A stretch of DNA of 64,000 bases from Bacillota bacterium (GCA_012798755.1 JAAZMP010000022.1:2047-66046); one strand, 5' to 3'. Counted from the first letter of the stretch, positions 48,286 to 58,367 are shown. Program-made: numbers and translations. Notes: a model not told the origin generated them from the letters alone.

Positions 48286-49764
48286 GTGAAGCTAGTGGAA
48301 ATCGTTTCAAATTTACCGCTTTATGCCGTCATAATCCCAATCATTGGAGCGCTACTGCTTATTTTTATTGCCGAAAAAAGGGACGAAATTCGTAATCCTC
48401 TGGCGCTGCTTACCAGCTTTATTACAGCCATAATAGTTGTGCATGTTATACAACAGGTGCTTAAGGGGAATTTCCTATCCTATAAGTTGTGTCAAATCAT
48501 GCCCGGGCTGGAGTTCTCCTTTCGGGTTGATCCTTTAGGAGCACTTTTTGGTGGAGTAGCCTCTGTGCTCTGGGTATTTACTGTGCTTTATTCTATTGGG
48601 TATATGTCTTTTGGACATAACAGAAGGCGCTTCTTTATATTCTTTCTGCTATCCTTAAGCGTTACTATGGGTATTGCTTTTGCGGCAAACCTGTTTACGC
48701 TTTACCTTTTTTATGAACTGTTAACATTAGTTACTTATCCTTTAGTGATCCACGAAGGCCAGGAAAAAGATCATAAGGCTGGCTTGCGCTATATTATTTA
48801 CAGCTTTTCCGGTGCGGGGCTGGTTCTTTTTGCCCTTTTTGCCACCTTTGGGTTCGCCGGCAATCTGGATTTTGTACAGGGGGGTATTTTTGGGGAGGTT
48901 GTAAGGACGGCACCGCTGGCATTGACCGTTATTTTTACTGCTTATATCCTGGGCTTTGGTGTCAAGGCCGCAATTATGCCGCTTCATGCCTGGCTCCCGT
49001 CAGCTATGGTTGCCCCGACACCCGTTAGTGCTTTGCTTCACGCCGTCGCTGTTGTAAAGTCGGGTGTGTTCTGCATTCTAAGGGTCATGTATTCGGTCTA
49101 TGGTACTTCAGCCATGATTGACCTTAATTTGGGGTTAGGTGTTGTTATTCTGGTTTCTATTACCATCATCCTGGCGTCGATCATTGCTTTGCGACAGGAT
49201 GTTCTTAAACGAAGATTGGCCTACTCTACAATCAGCCAGCTTGGTTATATAACGTTGGGCGGCGCTTTGCTGACACAGTTGGGGCTGACAGGCGGCATGT
49301 TGCATTTGTTAAACCACGCCCTGCTGAAAATAACGCTCTTTTTCTGTGCCGGTGCAATTATTACAATGACCGGCAAAGAGAAAATAAGCGAGCTTAACGG
49401 TGTAGGCAGGCGTATGCCTATTACCATGCTGGCCTTTACGGTGGGAAGTATCGGTATGGTGGGGATACTGCCCGTAAATGGGTTTATATCCAAATGGTAT
49501 CTCCTGACAGGCAGTTTGGAGGCGCACATGCCTATAATTATTGCAGTCCTAATCGTTAGCGCTGTTTTGAATGCCTGTTATTTCTTCCCTATTATTATCG
49601 CTGCTTTTTTCAAAAAAGGTGATTTTGCTCCTCCAGGAAGCATGGAGGCACCGCTTTCGATGTTGCTCCCGATTGCAGTATTGGCTTTAACCTGCCTTGT
49701 TTTCGGAGTAAAACTCGATCTTACGGTCCCCTTTGTAAGCGATGTTGTAAGTTACCTTTTTTAA
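48286..49764 (+). CDS. Second MrpD/NuoN-like proton-conducting subunit
   Basis: PF00361 core (HAWLPSAMVAPTPVSALLHA), 492 aa. Confidence 0.7.
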   Translation: MKLVEIVSNLPLYAVIIPIIGALLLIFIAEKRDEIRNPLALLTSFITAIIVVHVIQQVLKGNFLSYKLCQIMPGLEFSFRVDPLGALFGGVASVLWVFTVLYSIGYMSFGHNRRRFFIFFLLSLSVTMGIAFAANLFTLYLFYELLTLVTYPLVIHEGQEKDHKAGLRYIIYSFSGAGLVLFALFATFGFAGNLDFVQGGIFGEVVRTAPLALTVIFTAYILGFGVKAAIMPLHAWLPSAMVAPTPVSALLHAVAVVKSGVFCILRVMYSVYGTSAMIDLNLGLGVVILVSITIILASIIALRQDVLKRRLAYSTISQLGYITLGGALLTQLGLTGGMLHLLNHALLKITLFFCAGAIITMTGKEKISELNGVGRRMPITMLAFTVGSIGMVGILPVNGFISKWYLLTGSLEAHMPIIIAVLIVSAVLNACYFFPIIIAAFFKKGDFAPPGSMEAPLSMLLPIAVLALTCLVFGVKLDLTVPFVSDVVSYLF

Positions 49765-49874
49765 AAAATATAAAGTGGTATGGCGGGCGGCTTTGCTGTA
49801 GGCCGGAAAACAGCATAAGTCCAAGGTTGATAACAATATAGCGATCTAAATTAGCAAACAAGGAAGTGATCTAG

Positions 49875-51614
49875 TTGAGCCTTTTGTTATTATCAGTTGT
49901 TGCGCCGGTCATAGTATTTCCTGCCGTGCTTTTTCTTTCACAAAAGTGGCGCCGGGCAATCATGTTGATTTATATTGCCGGGCTGATCTATCTGGCCTTT
50001 TATCTCCTGTCCGGCGTTGAATTGGGCAGCCTTACCTTAATGTCAAAAAATCTGACATTGTTTTCGTTTAGCAGCCATCCTTACAGTAAAATTGCCGGCT
50101 TTGGTTTTCTGTTTGTGGGAGCCATTGGGCTTCTTTATGGCCTTGATGTCTCCAAGCCCGGGGAACAGGCGGTATTGTTAGGAGCAATAGGCAGTGCAAT
50201 AGGTGTTTGCTTTGCTGATAACTTCATTACCTTTCTTTTCTTTTGGGAGACCTTAACCTTAACCACTGCAGCTTTGGTTTTCCTAAAGAGAACACCGCAT
50301 GCTGTACGTATGGCTTTTCGGATGTTGCTCTTTTCATTGATGAGTGGCTTTTTCTTATTGATTGGAATAATACTTCAATACAATGCCACAGGTACTTTTG
50401 AATTAATGTTTCCGGTGGCCGGACTTACATTTTTCATTTTGGGCATCGGCATAAAAACCGCTTTTTTGCCTTTACACCTTTGGGTTCCCTGGGGATACCC
50501 CGCAGCCAGTTTTCCTTGCAGTGTTTTATTGGCGGCTCTATGTACAAAGGTTGGCGTCTATGCCGTGGCACGGTTGCTCCCACCTGGTAACTTGATTTAT
50601 ATCATGGGGGCCTGTATGGCTATCTATGCAGTTATCGCGGCTCTTCTCCAAAACGATCTGCGCCATCTGCTTTCATACAGTATTATCAGCAAGGTTGGGT
50701 TTATGGTTTGCGGTGTAGGTATCGGAGTACCCCTGGCAATAGACGGCGGGTTTTTATTTCTGATACATCATATGTTTTATAAAGCGCTGCTTTTTATGTG
50801 CGCAGGTGCCTTGATCTATACGGTGGGAACGGAAAATTTTCAAAAGTTACAGCACCGCGAAGAAGCCCCGGTGGGCGAAAAGGGCCCTTCACCCTTGTGG
50901 AAAGCCTTGCCGGTAGCTTTTATCGGGGCATTGGTAGGGGCGCTGGCTATCTCAGGCACCCCTCCTTTTAACGGCTATGTAGGTAAGCATTTAATAAAAC
51001 ATGCAGTAGCGGCAGCAGATCCGGCGGCAGGGTTGGTTTTAACGCTGGCCAGTATAGCAACAGCGCTTTGTTTTTGCAAGTTCGTATATTTTGGTTTCAT
51101 TAAAGCCTGGGGGAAAATCCGCAGGAAATTGACCTTCAGCATGCAGGCAGCTATCGTTATATTGTCTGCCGGCTGTCTGATAACAGGCATCTGGCCGCAA
51201 CTTTTGGCATCACTTACGCCCTATGGTTCATCGCTTAATGTTTATACCGCGGAAGGTATCTTTGCCGCGCTAAAACCAATTGCTTATGGGATAATATTAT
51301 TTGCTCTCCTAGCCAAGTCGCTGGGAAGGGAAATCAAATTGTTCTTGCCTGCCGGTGGTGTAAGATTAGTTGTAGATGATGCCTTGACCGGCGCTTATAG
51401 CAATGCTTTGAATTCGCTACGTGTTTTCAGAGAAAAGAGCTACCGTTTCGCTTTTAAAATGATGCAGAAAACAGATTATAAGCCGGGCCAGAACAGGGTT
51501 TTCCAATTTATTAACGTTTGTAACATAGATTTCGATGTCCTAATGCTTTTAGGGATGTTGGGCCTGGCGCTGTTTTTCCTGTTTTGTCTTCAGTTTGGAT
51601 TTCTGGCTATCTGA
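49875..51614 (+). CDS. NuoL/MrpA-N-domain-like proton-conducting membrane subunit, paralog 1 (579 aa)
   Basis: NuoL-like N-terminus, LHLWVPWGY ... HHMFYKALLFMCAG core; TTG start after AAGGAAG. Confidence 0.7.
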   Translation: MSLLLLSVVAPVIVFPAVLFLSQKWRRAIMLIYIAGLIYLAFYLLSGVELGSLTLMSKNLTLFSFSSHPYSKIAGFGFLFVGAIGLLYGLDVSKPGEQAVLLGAIGSAIGVCFADNFITFLFFWETLTLTTAALVFLKRTPHAVRMAFRMLLFSLMSGFFLLIGIILQYNATGTFELMFPVAGLTFFILGIGIKTAFLPLHLWVPWGYPAASFPCSVLLAALCTKVGVYAVARLLPPGNLIYIMGACMAIYAVIAALLQNDLRHLLSYSIISKVGFMVCGVGIGVPLAIDGGFLFLIHHMFYKALLFMCAGALIYTVGTENFQKLQHREEAPVGEKGPSPLWKALPVAFIGALVGALAISGTPPFNGYVGKHLIKHAVAAADPAAGLVLTLASIATALCFCKFVYFGFIKAWGKIRRKLTFSMQAAIVILSAGCLITGIWPQLLASLTPYGSSLNVYTAEGIFAALKPIAYGIILFALLAKSLGREIKLFLPAGGVRLVVDDALTGAYSNALNSLRVFREKSYRFAFKMMQKTDYKPGQNRVFQFINVCNIDFDVLMLLGMLGLALFFLFCLQFGFLAI

Positions 51615-51827
51615 AAAAAATATAAAATTGGCCTTGAGGAAATCCTGCAAATATGATATATTGACATTGAGTATACAAATATAAGTCAAAAATATAGATA
51701 ATATAGACAAAAATTTGGTTGCATCGGTTAATTTTGATGGTGCGCCTCCCCGGTAAAAAAATAATAATCATTGTTTTTAGGGAAATGGCTCTTCCTAAAA
51801 AACAATAAAAATTTGCATCTGTTTATA

Positions 51828-51866
51828 CAGCCCTTTTTCCTATTATGGAGCCGGGGCTTTTTTTAT
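51828..51866 (+). terminator. Intrinsic terminator following hairpin copy A
   Basis: AGCCC...GGGCT + T7. Confidence 0.45.
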
Positions 51867-51976
51867 GAATGGGAAAAAAGGTCGATGCAATGCAGCACGG
51901 TAAGTTCTCTTGGAACTGCTGAATGAGCTCAATTTTAACAAAAAACGAGCCAAATAATTAACCCCGGAGGTCAGCA

Positions 51977-52603
51977 GTGAACAAAAAAACCGTACGGGTG
52001 CTTCTGGCAGAGAAGCATACATTGTTTCGGCAATGCTTGGCAGGAATGTTGGGCAATGAAGGTATTCAGGTCGTAGGCGAAACGGATCGTGCCGCCGAAG
52101 TGCCAGAGCTTTACCGTTCCGGTAAACCAGACCTGGTCATAACCGACATCCAGCTATCTGATGGGAATGCACTGGATCTTCTTGCCGATTTTTTCACCAA
52201 ACATCCAAAACTGCCTGTCCTGATCATATCCAGCTATTATGAACCTGAAATGGTCGAAAAGGCGCTATCCCTGGGTGTAAAAGGTTATTATACCAAACAG
52301 TCACTTTTAGATGAAATCAGCGAGGCAATTTTAAAAGTTGTTGATGGAGAAAGGGCCTTCCACAATGACGTCCTGGACACTTTACTGCTTTCTTTCCAAA
52401 AAAAACGCCGCCGCACATTAAAAGACGATGAAATTAAGATCTTAAAACTATGCAGCGAAGGTAAGTCCTATACCGAAATTTCCTCAGAACTTTTCATCGG
52501 AGAAAGGACCTTTTACCGAAAACTTAATAACATTTTTGATAAACTGGGAGTAATCAACAAAGCACAAGCGCTGACTGTGGCCATTAGAAAAGGTTTAATT
52601 TAA
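51977..52603 (+). CDS. LuxR/NarL-family response regulator with atypical receiver (acidic pocket DD replaced by EK) and LuxR HTH
   Basis: VLLAEKHTLFRQ instead of canonical DDH; phospho-Asp context LVITDIQL retained; C-terminal LuxR HTH (KSYTEISSELFIGERTFYRKLNNIFDKLG); GTG start after GGAGG. Confidence 0.65.
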   Translation: MNKKTVRVLLAEKHTLFRQCLAGMLGNEGIQVVGETDRAAEVPELYRSGKPDLVITDIQLSDGNALDLLADFFTKHPKLPVLIISSYYEPEMVEKALSLGVKGYYTKQSLLDEISEAILKVVDGERAFHNDVLDTLLLSFQKKRRRTLKDDEIKILKLCSEGKSYTEISSELFIGERTFYRKLNNIFDKLGVINKAQALTVAIRKGLI

Positions 52604-53160
52604 AAAAGCAAAGCTGAAAAAGAACTTGATCGCCTGGCAAGACCCTACAAAAAGAATGCAGGGGAAAGGCGGCAGGTCCCAGCATTTTTCTTTGAGCTTA
52701 AACTGTAAGTCCCGGGATCCTTGGGGCAAAGCCCTGGGGATCCTTTGGATCCACCCCCCGATCGAACCCCGCCGTTTATCATTTCTGACAAGTGCAGCTA
52801 TCAGCTGCCATTTTAAATTCCCTGTGATCCATCATTTTTGGCCAAAGATTATACCTTCGAAAGTATATTGGCAATTTTTTTTATTGCAGGCAATATATAA
52901 GTCGTGGCAAATTACTGCCAAATATACTGCAATATATGACGTTGAGATGGCAGTTGTACTACTATGAAAGGGTAAATAATTCTGATATTATAAAATAAAA
53001 AGAACTTGGAGATGGCTCCTCCAAAAGGTTTCAATGAACAATATTCAAAAGGCGAACCTCCCCCGGTAGCGATTTTAACACGGTTTGCGTCTATTTGACA
53101 ACAATCATTATATTTGCCATTTCGTGGCAATATTTGACGCAACTTCTGACGTGTGAACTT

Positions 53161-53192
53161 GCTGCCCAGCATATGAGCCGGGCAGTTTTTTG
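53161..53192 (+). terminator. Intrinsic terminator following hairpin copy B
   Basis: CTGCCC-loop-GGGCAG + T6. Confidence 0.55.
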
Positions 53193-53433
53193 TTTGGTGA
53201 TGGGGAAAACAGCTAAATTTGACATAGGAAAGGGTGGATTCAAATGATTTAAAAAAATTTCCGAGCAATTTTCGGACCTTGAAATTGCAGTTCCAATTAT
53301 GCCGGCAATGCGCTTAAATTATGACTATGTTTTGGCAGCCATATCCCCCGGTTGGGAATTGGCTTGAGGGAAACGGTAAATTTTAACTAGGCGAAGGTTA
53401 TATCAACAATATGATAAAAAAGGAGTGTTTTAA

Positions 53434-55194
53434 ATGACCATTTTGTTATTATCTGTGGTTGCTCCAATTATAGTATCACCTGCTGTGCTATTGCTTTCGC
53501 AAAAGTGGCGTAGAATTTTGCTGCAAACTTACATTGTGGGGCTTCTCTTTTTAGCGTTTTATCTGTTAAGTGGCATTGAACTGGGAAATTATACTTTGTT
53601 TGCTGATTCTGCTCATCATTTGAAAACAAACCTGACATTTTTTTCGTTTAGTGAACACTCTTACAGTAAAATTGCGGCCTTCGGATTTCTGTTTGTGGGT
53701 GCTATGGGGCTGCTTTTTGGCCTCGATGTATCCAAGCCAAGTGAACAGGCCCTGTCGTTGGGCGCCATAGCTGCTGCCATAGGTGTTTGTTTTGCCGATA
53801 ATTTTCTTACTTTTCTCTTCTTTTGGGAGATCCTTACTTTAACTACCGCTGCTCTGGTGTTTTTAAAAAGAACACCTCATGCTGTTCGTATGGCTTACAG
53901 GATGTTGTTCTTCTCGCTGGCAAGTGGTTTTTCGTTACTGGTGGGTATAATTTTGCAGTATAACGCTGTAGGAACCTTTGAATTAATGTATCCGGTAGCG
54001 GGACTGTCTTTCTTTATTTTGGGTATAGGTATAAAAACCGCTTTTTTACCGCTGTATTTCTGGCTTCCATGGGGTTATGCCGCTGCAAGTTTTCCCAGTA
54101 GCGTTTTGCTGGCAGTGTTGTGTACAAAGGTCGGCGTATACGCTGTAGCGCGGATTCTGCCGCCGAGTAACTTTATTGTTATGATGGGGGCATGTATGGC
54201 AATTTTTGCCGTTGTCATGGCCTTGCTTCAGAATAACCTGCGCCGTTTCTTATCGTATCACATAATCAGCCAGGTCGGGTATATGGTTGCAGCAGTAGGG
54301 CTGGGTGTATCTTTTTCCATAGATGGTGGATTCTTGCATCTTCTTAATCATATGTTTTACAAAGCCCTGCTTTTCATGAGTGTGGGAGCTTTAATATTTA
54401 CCGCGAGGACGGAAAATTTCCAAAAGTTAAGCTCTGCTGAAAATTCCATCGTAGAAGCAGGAAAACGTTCACCTTTGTGGAAAGCCTTGCCCGCAGCATT
54501 CGTTGGTGCCCTGGTCGGTTCACTTGCTATTTCCGGTACCCCTTTGTTTAACGGTTATGTAGGGAAATATCTTATAAAAAATGCCATGAGTGGCGTACAG
54601 CCGGCGGAAATTTTACTGATGATAACCAGCGTAGGTACGGTTTTATGTTTTTGCAAGTTTATCTACTTCGGTTTTATCAAAGCACGGGCCAAAATACGCA
54701 AACGGCTGACTTCAAGCATGCAAACGGCCATTGTTATATTATCTGCAAGCTGTTTGATTACAGGCATCCGGCCGCAGCTTTTGGCAAGCATACTTCCCTA
54801 TAGCTCATCCCTTGAAGTTTATACGATGGAAGGAATAGTAATGGCCATGTTGATATTAGCATCAGGAGTGGTTATGTTTGCACTACTGCACAGGGTCCTG
54901 GAAAAGGAAATAAAATTGTCTTTTCCTGCAACTATTAAATCCGCTTTAAATATTTTGCCCGGTATATACAGTAGCCTATCGAATGTTACAGGAGCAGTCA
55001 GCAGCAGATTTCATTACTTATATTTTGGCTGCAGGCAGAAGTTAAATACAAAGGTAAACAAAATTAAGACCTCGCAATTTGCATATGCCACGAGCATAGA
55101 TTTTGATACATTACTTCTCATGGGTATGTTGGGAATAGTATTGACGCTGTTCTTTTGCCTGCAATTTGGTCTTTTCCGTATCATAATTTCGTAA
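53434..55194 (+). CDS. NuoL/MrpA-N-domain-like membrane subunit, paralog 2 (586 aa)
   Basis: Co-linear with paralog 1 (same N-terminus MxxLLLSVVAPxIVxPAVL, same C-terminal NIDFD..LLxGMLG tail); RBS AAAAGGAG. Confidence 0.7.
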   Translation: MTILLLSVVAPIIVSPAVLLLSQKWRRILLQTYIVGLLFLAFYLLSGIELGNYTLFADSAHHLKTNLTFFSFSEHSYSKIAAFGFLFVGAMGLLFGLDVSKPSEQALSLGAIAAAIGVCFADNFLTFLFFWEILTLTTAALVFLKRTPHAVRMAYRMLFFSLASGFSLLVGIILQYNAVGTFELMYPVAGLSFFILGIGIKTAFLPLYFWLPWGYAAASFPSSVLLAVLCTKVGVYAVARILPPSNFIVMMGACMAIFAVVMALLQNNLRRFLSYHIISQVGYMVAAVGLGVSFSIDGGFLHLLNHMFYKALLFMSVGALIFTARTENFQKLSSAENSIVEAGKRSPLWKALPAAFVGALVGSLAISGTPLFNGYVGKYLIKNAMSGVQPAEILLMITSVGTVLCFCKFIYFGFIKARAKIRKRLTSSMQTAIVILSASCLITGIRPQLLASILPYSSSLEVYTMEGIVMAMLILASGVVMFALLHRVLEKEIKLSFPATIKSALNILPGIYSSLSNVTGAVSSRFHYLYFGCRQKLNTKVNKIKTSQFAYATSIDFDTLLLMGMLGIVLTLFFCLQFGLFRIIIS

Positions 55195-55281
55195 GATCAA
55201 CAGGCAGTATATAGCCAAATAAATGGAACAAAGCAAACAGGATCCTTGATCACTGGCAAAGCCCAGCCTTAAGTAGCTATA

Positions 55282-55307
55282 CGGGGGCGGGCTTTGCCCC
55301 TTTTTTT
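55282..55307 (+). terminator. Intrinsic terminator after paralog 2
   Basis: GGGGCgggctttGCCCC + T7. Confidence 0.5.
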
Positions 55308-55778
55308 GCAGACCCTGCTAAAACATAGTGAAAAGGAATTGCCTTCATATGTAACCAATGGCAATACCGGTTTCGATCTTCTGGCGCAAACAAACCCTAA
55401 AATCACCCAAATGGGTTAGCTCTAGTCTCTTCCTTAAATTACTAGAGGGTTACTTCCAAATTACCCCCTAACGCCTATTGTCAAGATCGAATATATGTGA
55501 TAAGATACATATTAATTATATAAATTTAAATAGTTGGAAGAGACAACAAAGTTGGAATATTTTTTTAGGTGCCCCCCGGTTAAAAATATTGGTTCCTGAT
55601 AGCGTTTTCGGGAATGGCTCTCCCGGAAAGTTGTTCGGCAGGGTATAACCTTGTCCTACAAAGTACTAATTCAGAAACAATTAGCATTATTAAATAAATT
55701 CCTGCTCTGCGCAAACTTTGTCAGGTCATGGCAGGATACTATCATATCTTTGCAAATTACTGACACTTATGTGGCAGC

Positions 55779-55808
55779 TACCCCCCTATTACGGGGGGTT
55801 TTTTTTTG
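55779..55808 (+). terminator. Intrinsic terminator preceding hairpin copy D
   Basis: CCCCCCtattacGGGGGG + T9. Confidence 0.55.
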
Positions 55809-55999
55809 ATACTATAAAATAAAAGACCCTTCGGAGATGGCTCCTCCGAAGGGTATTAAGAGGCAGCACCACAAAGGCGCTCCCCCGGTAACAGCAACAT
55901 TATAGCATTTATAGCTTTTATTGTCTACATGTATTTGTGATTTTTTGTACATGCAAGCAAAAAAAAGTGCCTAAGTGTGCCGAATTTACAAATTATGTG

Positions 56000-56035
56000 C
56001 TGCCTAGCTTACGAGCCGGGCGGCTTTTTTGTTTT
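56000..56035 (+). terminator. Intrinsic terminator following hairpin copy D
   Basis: GCTGCC...GGCGGC + T6, homologous in position to the terminator at 53161. Confidence 0.45.
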
Positions 56036-56253
56036 TATAGGAAATTATGTCCCCAATAAGGAGGTGAGCCGGCAAAAAACATAAATTTGCTTAAATGGAA
56101 CATTTTGGATCAATGTGCGTGGAACAGCTTTTTCAAATAGCAGGATTTGTAGGTTACTTGTTTAGGAAATACAGCAGTTGTGGCAGTTCATAGGCAATAA
56201 AACCGAAGTAATTTTATCTTTCATACCTCAAAATTTACAGGGAAGTGATCTGG

Positions 56254-57996
56254 ATGAACTTTTTAGCATTGTCAATATTTGCCCCTGTGATAGTATCTCC
56301 AGTCATTATGTTTATTTCACAGAAGCGCCGGAGAGCCCTGATGCTGGTATATATTGCGGGGCTTCTTTTTCTGGCGTTTTATCTGTTGGCCGGGACCAAG
56401 TTAGGAGGTTACGTTGCATTTGCTGATTCAGCTTTTCAGTTGGAAACGAAGCTGACACTGTTTTCGTTCAGCGAACATCCCTACAGCAAAATAGCCGCTT
56501 TTGGATTCTTATTTGTAGGAGCTATTGGACTGCTGTATGGTCTGGATGTTTCCAAACCCTCAGAACAGGCTGTAGCCTTGGTTGCAGTTGCCAGCGCTTT
56601 GGGTGTAGCTTTTGCTGATAATTTCCTTACTTTTCTTTTCTTCTGGGAAACGTTAACCCTGTCTACTGCTGCACTCGTCTTTTTAAGAAGAACACCGCAT
56701 GCCGTAAGCATGGCTTACCGTTTACTGTTCTTTTCGCTCATGAGCGGCTTTATGCTGTTAGTGGGAATTATACTTCAGTATAACGCTACGGGGACTTTTG
56801 CACTGATGTACCCGGAAGCAGGACTTATCTTTTTCATCTTAGGTATAGGTATCAAAACGGCTTTTTTACCTTTGCATTTTTGGGTTCCCTGGGGTTACCC
56901 GGCTGCCAATTTTCCCAGCAGTGTTCTTTTGGCGGCCCTTTGCACAAAGGTGGGAGTTTACGCGGTAGCTCGGGTTCTTCCTCCCAGCAATTTTATCAAT
57001 ATCATGGGCGCTGTCATGGCTATATTTGCGGTCACCATGGCCCTTTTGCAAAGCGATCTGCGCAAGCTGCTTTCCTATCACATAATTAGCCAGGTAGGTT
57101 ACATGGTTGCGGGAGTGGGTCTGGGTATTTCCCTTTCCGTAGACGGCGGGCTTCTGCACTTAGTCAATCATATGATTTATAAAGCACTTCTTTTTATGAG
57201 TGCAGGTGCCGTTATTTTTGCTGTTGGAACGGAAAGCTTACATGATCTACATGTTCCCGGGGAAACTGCTGGCAAGGATAAACCATTGCTTTGGAAGGCG
57301 CTTCCTGTTGCTTTTGTAGGGGCACTTGTGGGGGCGCTGGCTATTTCCGGGACACCTCTTTTCAACGGCTATGTCAGCAAATACTTACTAAAAAATGCCA
57401 TGCAAGGCGTAAACCCGGCCGGTTGGCTGTTGAATGTAGCCAGTGTGGGAACGGCTCTTTCCTTCAGCAAATTTGTATATTTCGGATTTATCAAGGGTAG
57501 AGCAAAAATACAAAACAAATTGACCTTGAGCATGCAGGCTGCCATAGCGGTACTGTCCATTAGCTGTATTGCAACGGGTATCTGGCCGCGCTCTTTGTCA
57601 ACATTGTTGCCCCATGCTTCTTCGCTAAAAGTCTATTCATTATCCGGGGTGGTAACAGCTGCAGGCTTAGTAATTCTGGGGATAGCGTGTTTCATCCTGT
57701 TGTCTGAAGCCTTGCAAAAAGAAATAAAACTTTCTTTGCCCGTTTCTATAAAGTTGGCCGTGGATAGGGCCGCTCTTAGCACATACAGCAACATACTGAA
57801 AGCAATGGGGGCTTTTAAAGACCTTGTCTTTCATTCTGCATTTCGTTTAATGCAAAAAACGGATTACAAGCCGGGGAAAAGCGGTGTTTTCCATTTTATT
57901 AACGTAGCTAACATTGATTTTGATGTTATGCTGCTCATGGCTATGCTGGGGGTTACCTTGGTCTTCTTGTTCAGCACATTCGGCGCAGGATTTTAA
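56254..57996 (+). CDS. NuoL/MrpA-N-domain-like membrane subunit, paralog 3 (~580 aa)
   Basis: Co-linear with paralogs 1 and 2; leader AGGGAAGTGATCTGGATG nearly identical to paralog 1 leader. Confidence 0.7.
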   Translation: MNFLALSIFAPVIVSPVIMFISQKRRRALMLVYIAGLLFLAFYLLAGTKLGGYVAFADSAFQLETKLTLFSFSEHPYSKIAAFGFLFVGAIGLLYGLDVSKPSEQAVALVAVASALGVAFADNFLTFLFFWETLTLSTAALVFLRRTPHAVSMAYRLLFFSLMSGFMLLVGIILQYNATGTFALMYPEAGLIFFILGIGIKTAFLPLHFWVPWGYPAANFPSSVLLAALCTKVGVYAVARVLPPSNFINIMGAVMAIFAVTMALLQSDLRKLLSYHIISQVGYMVAGVGLGISLSVDGGLLHLVNHMIYKALLFMSAGAVIFAVGTESLHDLHVPGETAGKDKPLLWKALPVAFVGALVGALAISGTPLFNGYVSKYLLKNAMQGVNPAGWLLNVASVGTALSFSKFVYFGFIKGRAKIQNKLTLSMQAAIAVLSISCIATGIWPRSLSTLLPHASSLKVYSLSGVVTAAGLVILGIACFILLSEALQKEIKLSLPVSIKLAVDRAALSTYSNILKAMGAFKDLVFHSAFRLMQKTDYKPGKSGVFHFINVANIDFDVMLLMAMLGVTLVFLFSTFGAGF

Positions 57997-58367
57997 AAGA
58001 GAAGATAAAAGAAATTTGAACGCTCAATTGATAGGCGCTGCAGAATCTTCTGTGGCGCTTATTGATTTGTTTAGGAAATAATTGCAGATCCCATCCTAAA
58101 AAAAACAACCAAAATAAAGCAGGTCAAAGCAAAAAAGGATATCAATATCAACAAATTAACTTTATTCATACCTACTGACCTCCAAAACAATATTTACTAT
58201 CCTCCCAGGCCGAGCATTTCTTTGCAAATTGCTGGTGGCCTGTTTTGGAACCAGCCCTGCTTTAAAACCAAAGTGGGAATTGATGGATGAGTTTTAAGAA
58301 TACGCCATTACCACTTTATAACAGAATAAGAAAAAAAGCAACGTTCATTTTGTAGTTCCTGTTACAA

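Noticed and set aside
52917-52931. Sigma-54 promoter (TGGCAAATTACTGC has GG-N10-GC spacing)
   Set aside because: The -12 element is CTGC rather than TTGCA. The other copies of the same box lack the GG dinucleotide. No enhancer-binding-protein gene is adjacent. Too weak to call.
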